A stretch of DNA of 64,000 bases from Podarcis muralis (lineage: Eukaryota), in the NCBI RefSeq assembly GCF_964188315.1, contig NC_135658.1, forward strand, positions 58,156,001 to 58,220,000, given 5' to 3'. The translations under genes and the position numbers were made by a program. Of the stretch, positions 48,950 to 61,700 are shown in pieces. Positions within the stretch are counted from its first letter, which is position 1. Each line of letters begins with the position of its first letter. The notes under the pieces were generated by a model. It saw nothing but the letters and a program-made list of their open reading frames with translations, was not told the origin of the DNA and did not search any database.

Positions 48950-49783
48950 CATACACCCCTCACTGGTGCTCTAGAAGCCCACATTTTGGACATATTAATT
49001 GGGGAGTGCCAACTAGATTCAAGGTTACCTGTGGATTGTTGCAGGTCTGTCATCTGCTCAGAACCCATGAAGGGTGCAGGAAAGCTGCTTGGACAATCTA
49101 TTTTTCCTTTGCACAGGCTCTTGTAACGACCCTCCGGATCAGCATGGACTGTGTTGCAGGTGGTAGCAGTGGGAGAGAGGAACCTCTCCAAATCAGGCAG
49201 CGGTAGAAGTGTTCCTCCACCAAATTTTGAGTAATTTCCCTATACCACCACTACTGTTGTTCCAATGGTGATATAGTCATAGCTCAAACTGCTCAGGAGT
49301 CCACATCCTATCCTTCAGAGAGGCTTTCCAGTGGCAGGAGAAGGATGGGTGTGTGACTGACCTTCAGCTCATGCAACCATTTAATAACTTTTAATGCTAA
49401 TGTTAAAAGTTAGCTTGAAAAGCATGAGAGCTTTTCAAAATGAGATAAATGGCCTTGCAGAGAGAATTTGACATGTGTTTGCCTTTCGGTTCCAAAAGTT
49501 TGCATTTTCAACTAGTTTAAGAACCTTTCCTTTCCTTGTTCACTTGGCACGCATCCTGTTACTTTTCTGTTGCTCCCTTACCAAGGGTCATTGTGTGTTG
49601 ACGATGGTTTCACCTGCAGCTGACCTAAATTCATCTCATTTGCTTATAATAAATAATGAATTCACCTTGCGCTTTGTGTAGCTGGAGTCAGAACCCGTGC
49701 GCTAAAGTGGCTCAAAGTGCACAGCCACAAGCTACTGCAGACCTCCATTATGCATTCCCCATGGCGGAGGTAGTTGCGTACCA

Positions 49784-50695
49784 TAGAATCATAGAATCAT
49801 AGAGTTGGAAGAGACCACAAGGGCCATCGAGTCCAACCCCCTGCCAAGCAGGAAACACCATCAGAGCACTCCTGACATATGGTTGTCAAGCCTCTGCTTA
49901 AAGACCTCCAAAGAAGGAGACTCCACCACACTCCTTGGCAGCAAATTCCACTGTCGAACAGCTCTTACTGTCAGGAAGTTCTTCCTAATGTTTAGGTGGA
50001 ATCTTCTTTCTTGTAGTTTGGATCCATTGCTCCGTGTCCGCTTCTCTGGAGCAGCAGAAAACAGCCTTTCTCCCTCCTCTATGTGACATCCTTTTATATA
50101 TTTGAACATGGCTATCATATCACCCCTTAACCTCCTCTTCTCCAGGCTAAACATGCCCAGCTCCCTTAGCCGTTCCTCATAAGGCATCATTTCCAGGCCT
50201 TTGACCATTTTGGTTGCCCTCCTCTGGACACGTTCGTTTGTCAGTGTCCTTCTTGAACTGTGGTGCCCAGAACTGGACACAGTACTCCAGGTGAGGTCTG
50301 ACCAGAGCAGAATACAGTGGCACTATTACTTCCCTTGATCTAGATGCTATACTCCTATTGATGAGGCCCAGAATTGCATTGGCTTTTTTAGCTGCCGCGT
50401 CACACTGTTGGCTCATGTCAAGTTTGTGGTCAACCAAGACTCCTAGATCCTTTTCACGTGTACTGCTCTCAAGCCAGGTGTCACCCATCTTGTATTTGTG
50501 CCTCTCATTTTTTTTGCCCAAGTGCAATACTTTACATTTCTCCCTGTTAAAATTCATCTTGTTTGTTTTGGCCCAGTTCTCTAATCTGTCAAGGTCGTTT
50601 TGAAGTGTGATCCTGTCCTCTGGGGTGTTAGCCACCCCTCCCAGTTTGGTGTCATCTGCAAATTTGATCAGGATGCCCTTGAGTCCATCATCCAA
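49784..50695 (-). mobile_element. Young 5'-truncated CR1 LINE (RT C-terminus and 3'UTR)
   Basis: LIKFADDTKLGG...FNREKCKVLHLG...EKDLGVLVD...[15 protein letters not shown], continuing in a second frame after a small deletion near 50232. (ATTCTATG)n tail; GTACCA duplicated at 49778-49783 and 50696-50701. Confidence 0.95.
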
Positions 50696-52419
50696 GTACC
50701 AAACACTTTCCCTTCTGGTTTGCCTGGTAGGGTATCGTGGCTATTTGTTGCTCAGCTGTAGAACAGAGCAAGATACATTGGTTTTAATAAGGTTGTGGGG
50801 CATGTATGGTGGGAACGTATGGAAGCTCAGGGGAGAAATGGACTTGAGTTTATCACAACCACCTTGAGCAAAGGACTGTAGAGGGTGTCTGAAGGCTGAG
50901 TGGTCTGATCCTGCTGTTGGCCCAGCTCCCTTTTATGCTCTTTAAAGGGCTGTTGCCCAATTCTGCCGTCCTTGGCTCCTAGTGTGTGGGGAAATAGGAA
51001 GGCACTGAGAATGTGTCTTTCAAGCCAGTTTTTCTCTTTTGCTCCCACACCCATGCCATTGCTTAAACATCTAGCCTGATAAACAATTCTGAATATTAGG
51101 AAAGCTTGTTTGCTATTTTTTGTGACATTTTGCTTGGTCCAATGAAGGTATGAGCCTATCCTGGCATTTGGAAGCAATACTAAAAAGGGACAGTGTTTCT
51201 GTTCTTTATTGTACAATCTCTTGGCTCTTTTGTAGGGGAGTGACTCATGATTTACTAATGTTTGGATTGGCACAGAAAATGTTTTGGGAGCATTTGTATA
51301 GCATAGAACATGGTTCCAAGCAGAAGTAACTACATCAATTTTCCCATGGGAATTGCTTTCTTAAGGTTGTATATGTTGCATCTCACTGAAACGCCATCAG
51401 AGGAATATCCTATGTGAAAGGCAATGTATTGAACAACTTGCCACCATTTCCCCTTTGCCCCAGAATTATATTACGTCGGGGGACTGTGGGAAATTAAAAG
51501 GATCCAGCCACTTGATGCTTCTTGCAGTCATGGCTAGAAAAAAAACATTTATGGTAGGCCAAAGATAGGCCTTGAGAGCTGGTTCAAGGCTTTCAGGTGC
51601 TGGTGCTGCCCCAACAGTGCCTCAGCTCAGCATTACTATTTCCCTCAGGAATTAAAACGGGGGACAGGAATGTTTAGATTTTTGGGGTGGTGAGGGCTAT
51701 GGGGCAAGACCTTTGGTGAAAGTGGACTTGGGCTATGTGGCACTGTAATAAAGAACATAACATGTTTACAACCATTGTTTCAAGTGATGTTAATTATCAT
51801 TAAGCATCAGGCAGGAATATTATAAAATGAGGAACTTAAGACAACCATGACTGTTTAATTATTTCTAAGTCAAAGTTAGCCACACTCGCATCCTTATGCC
51901 TGTAATTTTGAATATCTCTGTTAATGAACTTCTCAAATGCTGTGCTCTCACTTTTGGTTGCTTCTTATGCTTTTGCTAGTTCTGGCCCTTTAATTGATTT
52001 ACTTATCTGTTCATTCACATGAATAGCAAGAAGGCAATTTAATTCAGGGATGAGAAAGAATGCTGAATTGTAGTTGTAATCAGAAGCCTGAGATTAATAA
52101 TTCCTAGTTCACTCCCAAGAAACACCAAAAGCAGGCAGAAATCGGCTCCTCCAAACAACCAGAAAACAACAACACTGCATCTGAAAAGTTGATTCCTGGT
52201 GTGTGCATTCAGAGAATCCAGTGTTATGTGCACGTACAGGGAATTTCCTACCCAGCAGCCTGTGAAGTAATATACTGTAATGGGCTCTAGTGATCATGTG
52301 GTCCTTGCCAAAAGCCTAATTCAATTCTGTTCCACCTTGCCCTGGCGAGGCTCACCTAGTGCCTACTCTGGTGTCTTTTTATTGCCCAATCCTTTTAAAC
52401 TCTATTTCATTGTCTGGTT

Positions 52420-52710
52420 TCATTACTTATTTATATACCACCTTTTTCTTCCAAGGACCTCAAGATGGTATATCTAGTTCTCCTCCACCCCATTTCAGCC
52501 TCACAACAGTCCTGTGAGGTAGGTTAGACCAGTGCTTTTTTCTGATGGGATGCAGGGGTACACATACCCTTAAACATTTTGTGAATCTAAGTTTGGCCTC
52601 CTTGAGGGGCAGTATTTCAGTATGAGTAGGAAAATGAGAGTACACCTAAACATTATTATTTTTTTAGAAAAAGAAGCACTGGGTTAGAAGGGATGGTGAA
52701 TGGCCCGAAG
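52420..52710 (-). mobile_element. MIR-like SINE interrupted by a hAT MITE
   Basis: Same family as 29160-29390; resumes after 52681. Confidence 0.6.
52530..52681. mobile_element. hAT-type MITE (same family as 23712)
   Basis: CAGTGCTTTT ... GAAGCACTG, TSD GGTTAGAC / GGTTAGAA. Confidence 0.85.
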
Positions 52711-52799
52711 ACTTGATCTTGCTGCTTCTAATTGGGTTTCACTTGTATTTTGCAGTTTCACCCAGTAAACGAGTCTGTGGCAACACAGCGTTCTACAAA

Positions 52800-53650
52800 T
52801 GTTTGGGATTCAGGGAGATCTGCGCTGCTCTGCGGCGCTTTGCGCGCTCCAGAAACATGGGGCGGCTGCGCAGCGCTTCGCTTTCACAGCGCCCAAGGAA
52901 CCCGGATGCTCCGGTTCTCCGGGGAGGCCCTCTTCCTCGGCACACTCTATCCGTTTCGCTTGAGGGAGAAGGGAACTCAAAACCACAACTCCCATAATCC
53001 CGCGCGAGTAGCTTCTGCGGCGACGCGACTCCATGACAGCCGGGGGCCCCGAGGAGAGTCTTACAAAAACGCTTTTACTGGTTTTCTCCTCGGGTCGCGC
53101 ATGCGCTGCTGCCGGAGCCCTCGATTTTTTTCTTCCCTGAGGGGGGGCGGGGGTGGAATGTTGTAGAGCGGCGAGTGGGCGGAGCAGTTGCGGCTGCCTC
53201 TCTCTCTCTCTCTCCCCCCCGCCCCGCCCGCCCGTCCTCCCCAGTTGCTAATATGGCGTCTCGGAGAGCTCGCTCCGCCTCAGGTCAGTTGAGAGCCCGG
53301 CTTCCTCCAGGGCCGCCTGGCGCAGTTTCCATGGCGCTCGAGCCTCCCAGAGCGGAGATGGCCTGCCTTGCGCAGAGAGACGGAGCCGGTTGATGGAGGA
53401 GCTGGTCAGTCGTCTCGATTTGGGAGCCCCACTCGCCCGCCTCTTCCCGGGCTTCTCTCTCTCAATCCTGCCCTGCCCTTTCGCCCACCCCCAATCCGTG
53501 GGGCTGGGGCGGCCTGGCTGGATGCGCGCGGCTCCAGAGTAGGCGGGGCTTGCGCAGACCCCTTGCCCAAGGGGGCTGAGGGTGAGGGGGTACAAATGTA
53601 TTAAGAGGCGGCGAGGGTCAGGGCGCTTAGGGGCCTCCTCCAGCCAGGAC
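52800..53650 (+). promoter_or_regulatory. FUNDC1: FUNDC1 CpG island and promoter with NRF1 palindrome
   Basis: GC/CpG-rich. GCGCATGCGC at 53097-53106, GC boxes at about 53144 and 53177, ZNF143-like ACCACAACTCCCA at 52982-52994. Confidence 0.8.
53253..53283 (+). CDS. FUNDC1: FUN14 domain-containing 1, coding exon 1
   Basis: ATGGCG start in the CpG island, MASRRARSAS, phase-1 donor CAG|GTCAGT that fits exon 2. Confidence 0.85.
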
Positions 53651-56599
53651 ATTTTCTCGCAGTCCCAACCTAACCTAATCAGGCTTACTCGGAAGTAAGG
53701 CTCTCTGTGCTCAGTGGTTCTCATTTAATAAGTGTGCTGAGGGTTGGCCATAATAAGAGGCCTGCTGGGTCAGATTAAAAAAATTCACCTAGTTTAGGAT
53801 CAGTGGCTACCCAGATGCCCATAGGGAGCTCACAGTGGGTTGGACTGGATGACCCTTAGGGTCCCTTCCAGCTCAACAATTCTATGATTCTAACAAGCAG
53901 AGCCATTTCCTGCTGGTAGCTTCCCAGCCGCTAGCATTCAGACGCATGCAAAATAAACATTTTGATTTGACGCATGCTGCTGATCCTGGAGGCTCTGTGG
54001 CTTAGAGTAAGGAGTATTAGCTTTTGGTAGGTTCATCCAGCACTAATTTACTTCAGTCAAAGCCTCATGACGCCTTAAAAACACTAACTGGTGTATTTAT
54101 TACAGCATAAACTTCCATGGTCTCCAGCCCACTTTGTTAGATGCATCCATGTGGGCTTGAGTTCGCAAAAACTTACGGTATAATAAATACATTAGTTGGT
54201 TTTCACGGTGTTGCGAGACTCTGATTGTTTTGACTCAGATTTTGACTCCGGTTGAGATTTAACACAAAAAATTAACAATGGAAGGCTACCTTGTGATCCA
54301 GGATAGTGCAACAATGCAGTGTATTTGCTGGCGAAATTAAGAGGGAAAGGGTTTGGTTTCTCTGAGGAAGCAAAAATACAGTTGCTCTTTTGTCACCCTA
54401 TCCACTCTGTCCCCTAGTCTAGTTTTCAGATTACTGCTTTTAGCTGTACGGCTATTCTTTCACCTTATGAGTCCCCTAAAAATTTAAAGCGTGGCTGGGA
54501 TAGACAGGCACCAAAAAGCATATATATCATGCAGGTGTGCCTGTCTGAGAGAAGAGATTGGCTGGCAAACTTGGGTTTGTTGCTCTACCATGAGTGAAAT
54601 GACTCTTAGGGTAAGCCTGTGCAGTGGCTAAGGTGTCACATACAGAGAGAAGATGGCTACATGTGGAACAGTTATCACTTGGCATATTTTATGTAGGTAC
54701 TAATATGAAGTCAGAATAGTAATGAATTTAAAAGGATAGATTCTTCTGCTCGCACCATTTGTTCTTGTGGGTGAGGTGTGTGTTTTCTAATCCGTGTTAA
54801 TGAATGGTTGTAGTTATTCCAGATTAAGTAATGTTGCATGCAAGATGTTCTGGGTATGTGTTAACGGCTGTCTTTTATTTTACGTTTCATCTCTTCCATC
54901 CTTGATGTAGCTGCCTGCGCTTCCAGCTCCATACAACATTTACCTGAATTTAGTCTTTTTGTTGTATGATAGGAGAAGCCAACTTGGTGCCCTCCAGACA
55001 TGGTTGTACTCTAGCTCCCTCCAGCCCCAGCCAGCATGATGAGAGGAATGATGAGAGCTGTAGTCCCAACAACACCTTGAAGGCACCATGTTGGCTACCC
55101 AGGCTGCATGAGTATTCCCATACTGATGGCAAGAAAGTCGATGCCTTGTCTTTGCTGGTCTTGCCCACATGGGCAGGCAGGGAATCCACACCTGGTGTTT
55201 GGGTGTTAGTAGAGCAAATGTCCTCCATGGCTCAAAATGAGAAATGAGTGCTCAGCCACTTGCCATGTGTGATGCCACTCCACTCCCCTTTATTCAGAGA
55301 TTGAAAGTTGCTCCCTTTGGCTGCCTTGCAGCTCTTTGGCTTCTCATTGCTTTAATTTTGCATAACTGAGGTTAGTGTTATTTACACTTCGAATGCCTTA
55401 GGGAGAATTATTTTATTTATAATTTTAAATATTTTAGGTAGGTGTTGAGGAAATGTCAGCTGTGAATGACACTGGAAAGCATAGATAATTTAGGGCTCAA
55501 ACCAAACCCATGACATTATAAGTTATGGGGATTTTGAGCTCCAACAGAATGTCATTGGTGTCCTTAACCTAATGACCCTAAAAACTTACATCCTTAGGGA
55601 TCACGTTTGACAGATTTACTGCACAGGAAATGAAGGCTAGTGTTCATTTTCATCCTAGCTCTTTTGATTTTCTTTGCTGTGAAATCTCTTTTGAGTATTC
55701 TCCCATTATGTTGAAGTACAAAATACAGACGTAATGCTCCACCAATCCATGACATGATTGCCTGATCTTAAAAATTGTGAGTGTCTTGGCTTTCCTTTTT
55801 CAATTTTTTTACGGAACAACTACTGAAAGAACGTGAAAATCTGGCTGCAGTAGTAGCTTATGTGTCTGTGTGCCTTTGGTTTCCCTTTCTTTCTTGCATG
55901 GAACTTCTTCTGAGTACTTTGGTTGTTGTTGCCATCTTTGCATTTTGGTAACACTGCAGGGATGTGCCTATTTTTGTATGCATGTGTGTTTAATGTGTAC
56001 AGAGGGGAACTGGAGGTAAACCTGCAGGTCAAGGCCTTGGAATGGCCATGGAGACTAATGGTAGGATATGTTCAATGATTGCATGTCACTGAAACACATA
56101 TATCACACTGCAGAAAATGAAGGGTGCTATCTGAAATATTTACAGTATTGTCGCCTTAGTTGACTTGCTAGTATTCTGCTTTGTGGATTCCTGAGAGAGT
56201 GTTCTCAGATTAGTGCCACATAAGCAAACATTTTATATCCACAACATATATATGCATATGCTATATACTTCTTAAACTGAATGGGACCCGTTATCTAATA
56301 AGCTTAGAAATCTAGAAGTTTTGTTGCCTTTCCATAGTACTCTCAAATTGTACATTAGAATGTATAGCCTTTTTATCTTTATCAATATTCATATAATTAA
56401 GAAAATGCAGTAAGTGAGATCCTGCATAGTGTGAGGAGGCATCTACTTGTACAACAGGGCTTTTCCTTCCTCTCCTGCCCCCTGCAGCCCCATAGGCACC
56501 CCCCAAAATCTGCAGAGGGTGGGGCACCCTCTAGAACAGATTTGGGGAGCTTGCAAGGGACTGGAGGAGGGAAAAGGAAAAGAGAAACCAGACGTCCTG

Positions 56600-56885
56600 T
56601 GGTGCAAGCGAGTGGACATCATTGGAACAGGGCTTTATTATGACTGCTCCTGTTCTGTGGAACAGCATACAGCCACTCTCTCCACTTTCCAGAAACAACT
56701 GAAAACATTTTTGTTTTTTCAAGCTTTCCCAGCTATATGAATGGGTCCCTGCCATTGGTGTCCAATTCGTATTGTTTTTAAACTCACCTTCTCATATTTT
56801 TTGTTTTAAAAAGCTGCTGTTCTTATAATTTGTACACTGCCACGGGATTTATGTGGAAGGAGATTAATATAAATAATTAGAGTAA
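56600..56885 (+). mobile_element. Degraded L2 3' end
   Basis: 'ctttccagaaacaactgaaaacatttttgttttttcaagctttccc' and an L2-type tail ending ataaataa. Confidence 0.5.
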
Positions 56886-57063
56886 TATCTCCCAGTTGTT
56901 TTTATATAGCTTGCTCTTCCTGAACAGCTGGATTATTAGTGTGTTCAGTTAAATCACTTTCATCAGGCATATGTTTGTGAATTAGCATTGCTGAGAGCTG
57001 CAACACATTTACTCTTTTTAAAAAAGTGTAGAGGGAAACTAACTATCAATTTCTCTTTTAAAG

Positions 57064-57220
57064 AGCATGACAGTGATGAGGATTCATACGAAGTACTGGA
57101 TTTAACAGAATATGCAAGGCGCCATCATTGGTGGAACCGAGTGTTTGGCAGGAATTCTGGACCTATTGTAGAAAAGTATTCCGTAGCTACTCAGATTGTA
57201 ATGGGTGGCGTATCAGGCTG
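57064..57220 (+). CDS. FUNDC1: FUNDC1 exon 2 (157 nt), containing the LIR motif YEVL
   Basis: (E)[51 protein letters not shown](W). Acceptor ttctcttttaaag|, donor ctg|gtgaga. Confidence 0.98.
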
Positions 57221-57555
57221 GTGAGAACCAATTGTTTTTAAATACTGTAGTGTGTTTTTAATAGAACAGTTTTCTTCTGAAAGTATTTTTAAAGTGATAT
57301 AAGTTTTGCATTTCTGAGATCACACTGAACTAGTAAAAGAGGTTTCAAACATTCTTATAAGCAGTTTTCAAAATAGATTGGAGAAGAAATTGCTATCTTT
57401 TTTTTTTAAGATAGGGCAGGGATGGCACAATTGATTATGAGACTGGATTTGAATAGTTGGCGTTTTTAACTGTGACTAAAGATAATGGGTGATATTCAAT
57501 GCCAGTTGAATTGGACTGGGACCAGTGAAATCGATGGACTGAAGTTACTTTAATC

Positions 57556-57691
57556 CAGGCTTCCTCAACCTCGGCCCTCCAGATGTTTTTGGCCTACAAC
57601 TCCCATGATCCCTAGGTAGCAGGACCAGTCATCAGGGATGATAGGAATTGTAGTCTCAAAACATCTGGAGGGCCGAGGTTGAGGAAGCCTG
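57556..57691. mobile_element. Palindromic hAT-type MITE
   Basis: Near-perfect inverted arms CAGGCTTCCTCAACCTCGGCCCTCCAGATGTTT ... AAACATCTGGAGGGCCGAGGTTGAGGAAGCCTG. Confidence 0.88.
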
Positions 57692-58107
57692 GTTTAGACC
57701 ATTGATTTCAATGGACCTACTCTGAGTGTGACTTCATACTTTTACATTTACACCTTGCAACCTACAAATGCTTACAAATGAGGTATTGTAGTTCAGTATT
57801 TATTTAATTAACTTCAGTTTCATTAAAAGATTTGGAAATAAAAGTGGGTTGGTAAAGTGAAACCACCCTCCTGTGGCACTGTAATGTCGCTGTTCGGAAT
57901 GCAAAATAAAATAGAGCTAGATATTAGGAATTGACTAGGTAGAAAAAATAATCTTCACAAGTTCCACAGCGCTAAGGGTCCTAAAAAGAAAGTATTCAAA
58001 ATAGTGGTGTAAATTATATTATGACAATGCAGTTTATATCCATCAGCACCTTTATTACAGATTAGTTTGATCAACAGGATCCACCTATAGAAGTTAACAA
58101 TCAAGTA

Positions 58108-58349
58108 CAGTGGTACCTCGCGTTAAGAATTTAATTCGTTCTGGAGGTCTGTTCTTAACCTGAAACTGTTCTTAACCTGAGACACCACTTTAGCTAATGG
58201 GGCCTCCCGCTGCCGCCGTGCTGCCGCTACACGATTTCTGTTCTCATCCTGAAGCAAAGTTCTTAACCTGAGGTACTATTTCTGGGTTAGCGGAGTCTGT
58301 AACCTGAAGCATCTGTAAACTGAAGCGTCTGTAACCCGAGGTACCACTG
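58108..58349. mobile_element. Tigger-like MITE, copy 4
   Basis: CAGTGGTACCTCG ... CGAGGTACCACTG with TA TSD. Confidence 0.9.
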
Positions 58350-58840
58350 TAACTGACTGCATGCAGTAATGTCATGTAAGCTTATTTATTCAGGAAAGTA
58401 GATTCTAGCCTCATATTTTGCAAAGACCACTAAATCATATCTCTTGTTGTGCTGTTAGTCTCATGTTGCTCTGTCTGGGTTGCCAATGAGAATAATGAGA
58501 GTTCCTGCATATTTCTTATCCCATGAGATTCTACATTTGCCAACAGTATTCAGTTAGGGAGTTTCAAAATGCACAATCTTGAGCACGAGAATGAGAATTC
58601 TGGAACACAGTAACCAATTATCAGATTATCCTCATTGCCTATTCTCCTGTGCACATTTACTTGAAAGTAAATATGTTGTGAGCCCAGTAAGTATGTACAG
58701 TTTGACAACTCAGACTGTAATCCAATAACACTTTCCTAGGAATAAACCCTATTGAACTTGGAGGTTCTTAGTTCTGAGTAGACGTGTATAAGATTGCACT
58801 GTTAATTTGTCTTTTCCTTTTTCTCTCTCGTTCCTCCAAG

Positions 58841-58916
58841 GTGTGCAGGATTTTTATTCCAGAAGGTTGGAAAACTTGCAGCGACTGCAGTAGGCGGCGG
58901 CTTTCTCTTGCTACAA
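58841..58916 (+). CDS. FUNDC1: FUNDC1 exon 3 (76 nt)
   Basis: [25 protein letters not shown]. Long pyrimidine acceptor, donor caa|gtatgc. Confidence 0.98.
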
Positions 58917-60074
58917 GTATGCAGACTTTAATTATTTAGAAAGTGCTATGATTTGAATATAGGCAAGTTAACTGCTCAGTAAACAGAAAGGGAAGTGGAG
59001 GCTGTAACAACAGCTGAATGGTTTTGCATAAAGTGGTCCCTGGAAGGTATTTCCCAGATCTCCTCTTGCTGGTGCAGCTCTGCTAAAATCCATGTGAGAA
59101 GAACCACAAAGTGCCCGTAATAAAACGTTAGAGTTTGGGTTGATGAAGTGTCGTTCGGTCTATCTTATCTCATTTACACACGCACACTTTAAAAATTAAA
59201 GTCTCTGTGAAAATCTCATTATGCTCATTTTGTAAATATGACTACACAACGTGAACATAGTTACCTTGTAACATCTAGCATTAAGAATTTTCCTGTCTCT
59301 TATTTAAGTATGAGACATTGAGGGGGCTATTTTGTAAAATGTAACATAGCAATCATAAGTGGAAAGTGCTATTTGCTCTGGCCAGGGTGGAACATGGAAG
59401 GCATTTTTTGTTATTGGGGAGGGGGGTGTTCCCCTCACTGATAGTTTTAATCCCTACCCCCAGTGTTGGGAATGAGTTTCAGGCTGGCTCAGTTAAGGAG
59501 ACTGACAAGGAAGAGAGAAGACTTTGGATTCAGCATTCCAGGGCAATATGATATGCCCCAGAATGCTGCTGAATGAGTCTCACTGCTGGTGGTACTTCTG
59601 TGCCTGTTGAGCTCTGGGTGGATGTACCAAGGGCCTCCAGTGTGGATGGACCATCCAACTAGTACAGCTTTTCCTTGCAAGTGGAGCCACACTTCCACCC
59701 CATCCTAAATGCCCCCCCCCCCCGCTGCAAGCCGGCCTTCAGCAAAGATTAGGATTCCTGTATGTAAATGTACCATTAAAGACATTATGACTGTAAGCCA
59801 AAAATAGATTCTATAAACAAACTGATAGGTTTTAAGTGGCATGCCCATAAATACTATTCTAGACTTTAAATATTTATTGCCATCTCTCTGCTGATTTATT
59901 TTAAAATTAAAAGTTTAAAGATATATACAGTCTAGGGGGATTATGTTGTTACAAAATGTGGAAGGTGACCTATTTTTAGCAGATAATAGTTTCCTAAATG
60001 AGTACATTTCCTTAAATGCATTGAGAATTTTTTTTGCTCTAGCTCTTCAGATGTCTGTCTTTTACTTTTCCTAG

Positions 60075-60203
60075 ATTGCTAGTCATAGTGGCTATGTACA
60101 GGTTGACTGGAAAAGGGTTGAAAAAGATGTAAACAAAGCAAAGAAGCAACTCAAAAAACGAGCAAACAAGGCAGCTCCTGAAATCAACACATTGATTGAG
60201 GAG
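60075..60203 (+). CDS. FUNDC1: FUNDC1 exon 4 (129 nt)
   Basis: [43 protein letters not shown]; cttttcctag| and gag|gtaaag. Confidence 0.98.
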
Positions 60204-61097
60204 GTAAAGCATGTCTTACTTGCTTTTGAATATTGATTTTGCTGCGGCCTTGATGTGATGTTGGGTTTCCAGGTGTTCCGTATCTTAACAACCTATGGTA
60301 TGTTAGATGACCCTTGTCTCCAGGAAAAGGGGTGCTGAGTAAAGCTTTGGGCTGCACACTCCAAGTGCTGTGCCCCAGATGGCCTTTGCTTTACCTTGGA
60401 CTTCAGCAAGAAGGGAGGGAATGCAGTCCCCACCCCCCATGGGAAGAGTCCTTCACTTGGGTATATTGCCTGACTTGAATGTTTGACTGTTTGGTGCCTG
60501 GAGGCCTTTTGACTGGTTCTATAGCATATTTTATTTATTCAATCTTCCATTGGCCCTTAAAGAGTCAGATGTCTGTATCCATGAAACAATTATATTTCCT
60601 TAGAAATAGGTTTTTATTTGAGAACAAATGGCACCTTAAAAAACTAAAAAAATGTACTTTGGTATAAACTATTAGCTCGGATGAACGGAGCATCAAATGC
60701 ACAAAACTGTATGCCACAATACATTTGTTAGCCTTTTAAAGGTGCCTAAGGACTGCAGATTTTCTGGCAACAGACTACTCTGGATTTTTTATTTAGGGGT
60801 TCAGTATTTAAAGTATTTATGATAAAACATTTTAAAGCATTTGAAATGTCACAGGGTGGTTGCAGATGCTTTCTACACAAGCATTATGGACTTATAATTC
60901 AAGACTAAGGTAGATAGTTCCTTTTTAAAACAATGAACAATCTTTCCACAACTAACAAAGCTCTGCCTAGAGTTGCAGTACTCTGTAACTCTGGTAGTTA
61001 TCTGAGTGCAAAAAGTATTTGTTTATTTAATTTTTATTTTATTTTTTTGCTGTAATGCTATTTCCACAGTCTATAGTGAACTCTCTTTCCTTTTCAG

Positions 61098-61175
61098 ACA
61101 ACAGAATTCCTTAAACAGAACATAGTTGTATCTGGCGGGTTTGTCGGCGGCTTCTTGTTGGGCCTTGCATCTTAA
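61098..61175 (+). CDS. FUNDC1: FUNDC1 exon 5 to the stop codon (spliced CDS 471 nt, 156 aa)
   Basis: [25 protein letters not shown]; ctttccttttcag|. Exon lengths 31+157+76+129+78 sum to an intact frame. Confidence 0.98.
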   Translation, partial: TTEFLKQNIVVSGGFVGGFLLGLAS

Positions 61176-61627
61176 GGACATTTCTCTTCCTGCTGGCTTA
61201 ACCATGATAATGAAGAAGGGTAGCAACACACAGTTCTTAAGTGAGGCAGTCTGAGTCGCTCTCTAATCACTCCAGAGCAAGATGGATGGATTTGCCAGAC
61301 AAATCTTGAGTATTTTGCATTTTAGGCTTTTGCCTCCTTAAGCTTGCTGAAACAGGTTTGCTGAAAAATCTACAGTGTGTTGCATAGCATTCCTGAAGGA
61401 ACAAGAACTGGCTAACTTTTGTCATGATTTTTATTATTGTATCTTCATGCAGAATTCAGCATATTTAATAAGCTATCTTTTGGCTCTACATCTTTTTTCC
61501 CCAATTTTAGGGATATATTTTTATTATTGTTTAAGACAATCCCATGCTGTGTTTAATCATGCCTATGACTAAATGTGTATATTGTGCTTCAAGCGCAGAA
61601 CTAGCCATCTTCTGTAGAAACCACTGC

Positions 61628-61700
61628 AATAAAAATAATGTATACATCAGTAATACCTTTTTGCAAAGATGAAGTAACAGGCAATTGTGAACCTATTAAA
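61628..61700 (+). terminator. FUNDC1: FUNDC1 candidate polyadenylation signals
   Basis: AATAAA at 61628-61633 and ATTAAA at 61695-61700; the latter is followed by a GT/T-rich downstream element. Confidence 0.6.

Noticed and set aside
48555-49206. Cluster of 90-200-aa ORFs with Cys/His repeats
   Set aside because: They are translations of the MITE minisatellite and adjacent GC-rich repeat.
56988-57063. ORF-track extension upstream of FUNDC1 exon 2
   Set aside because: Intronic read-through; the real acceptor is at 57063 and exon 1 is at 53253.
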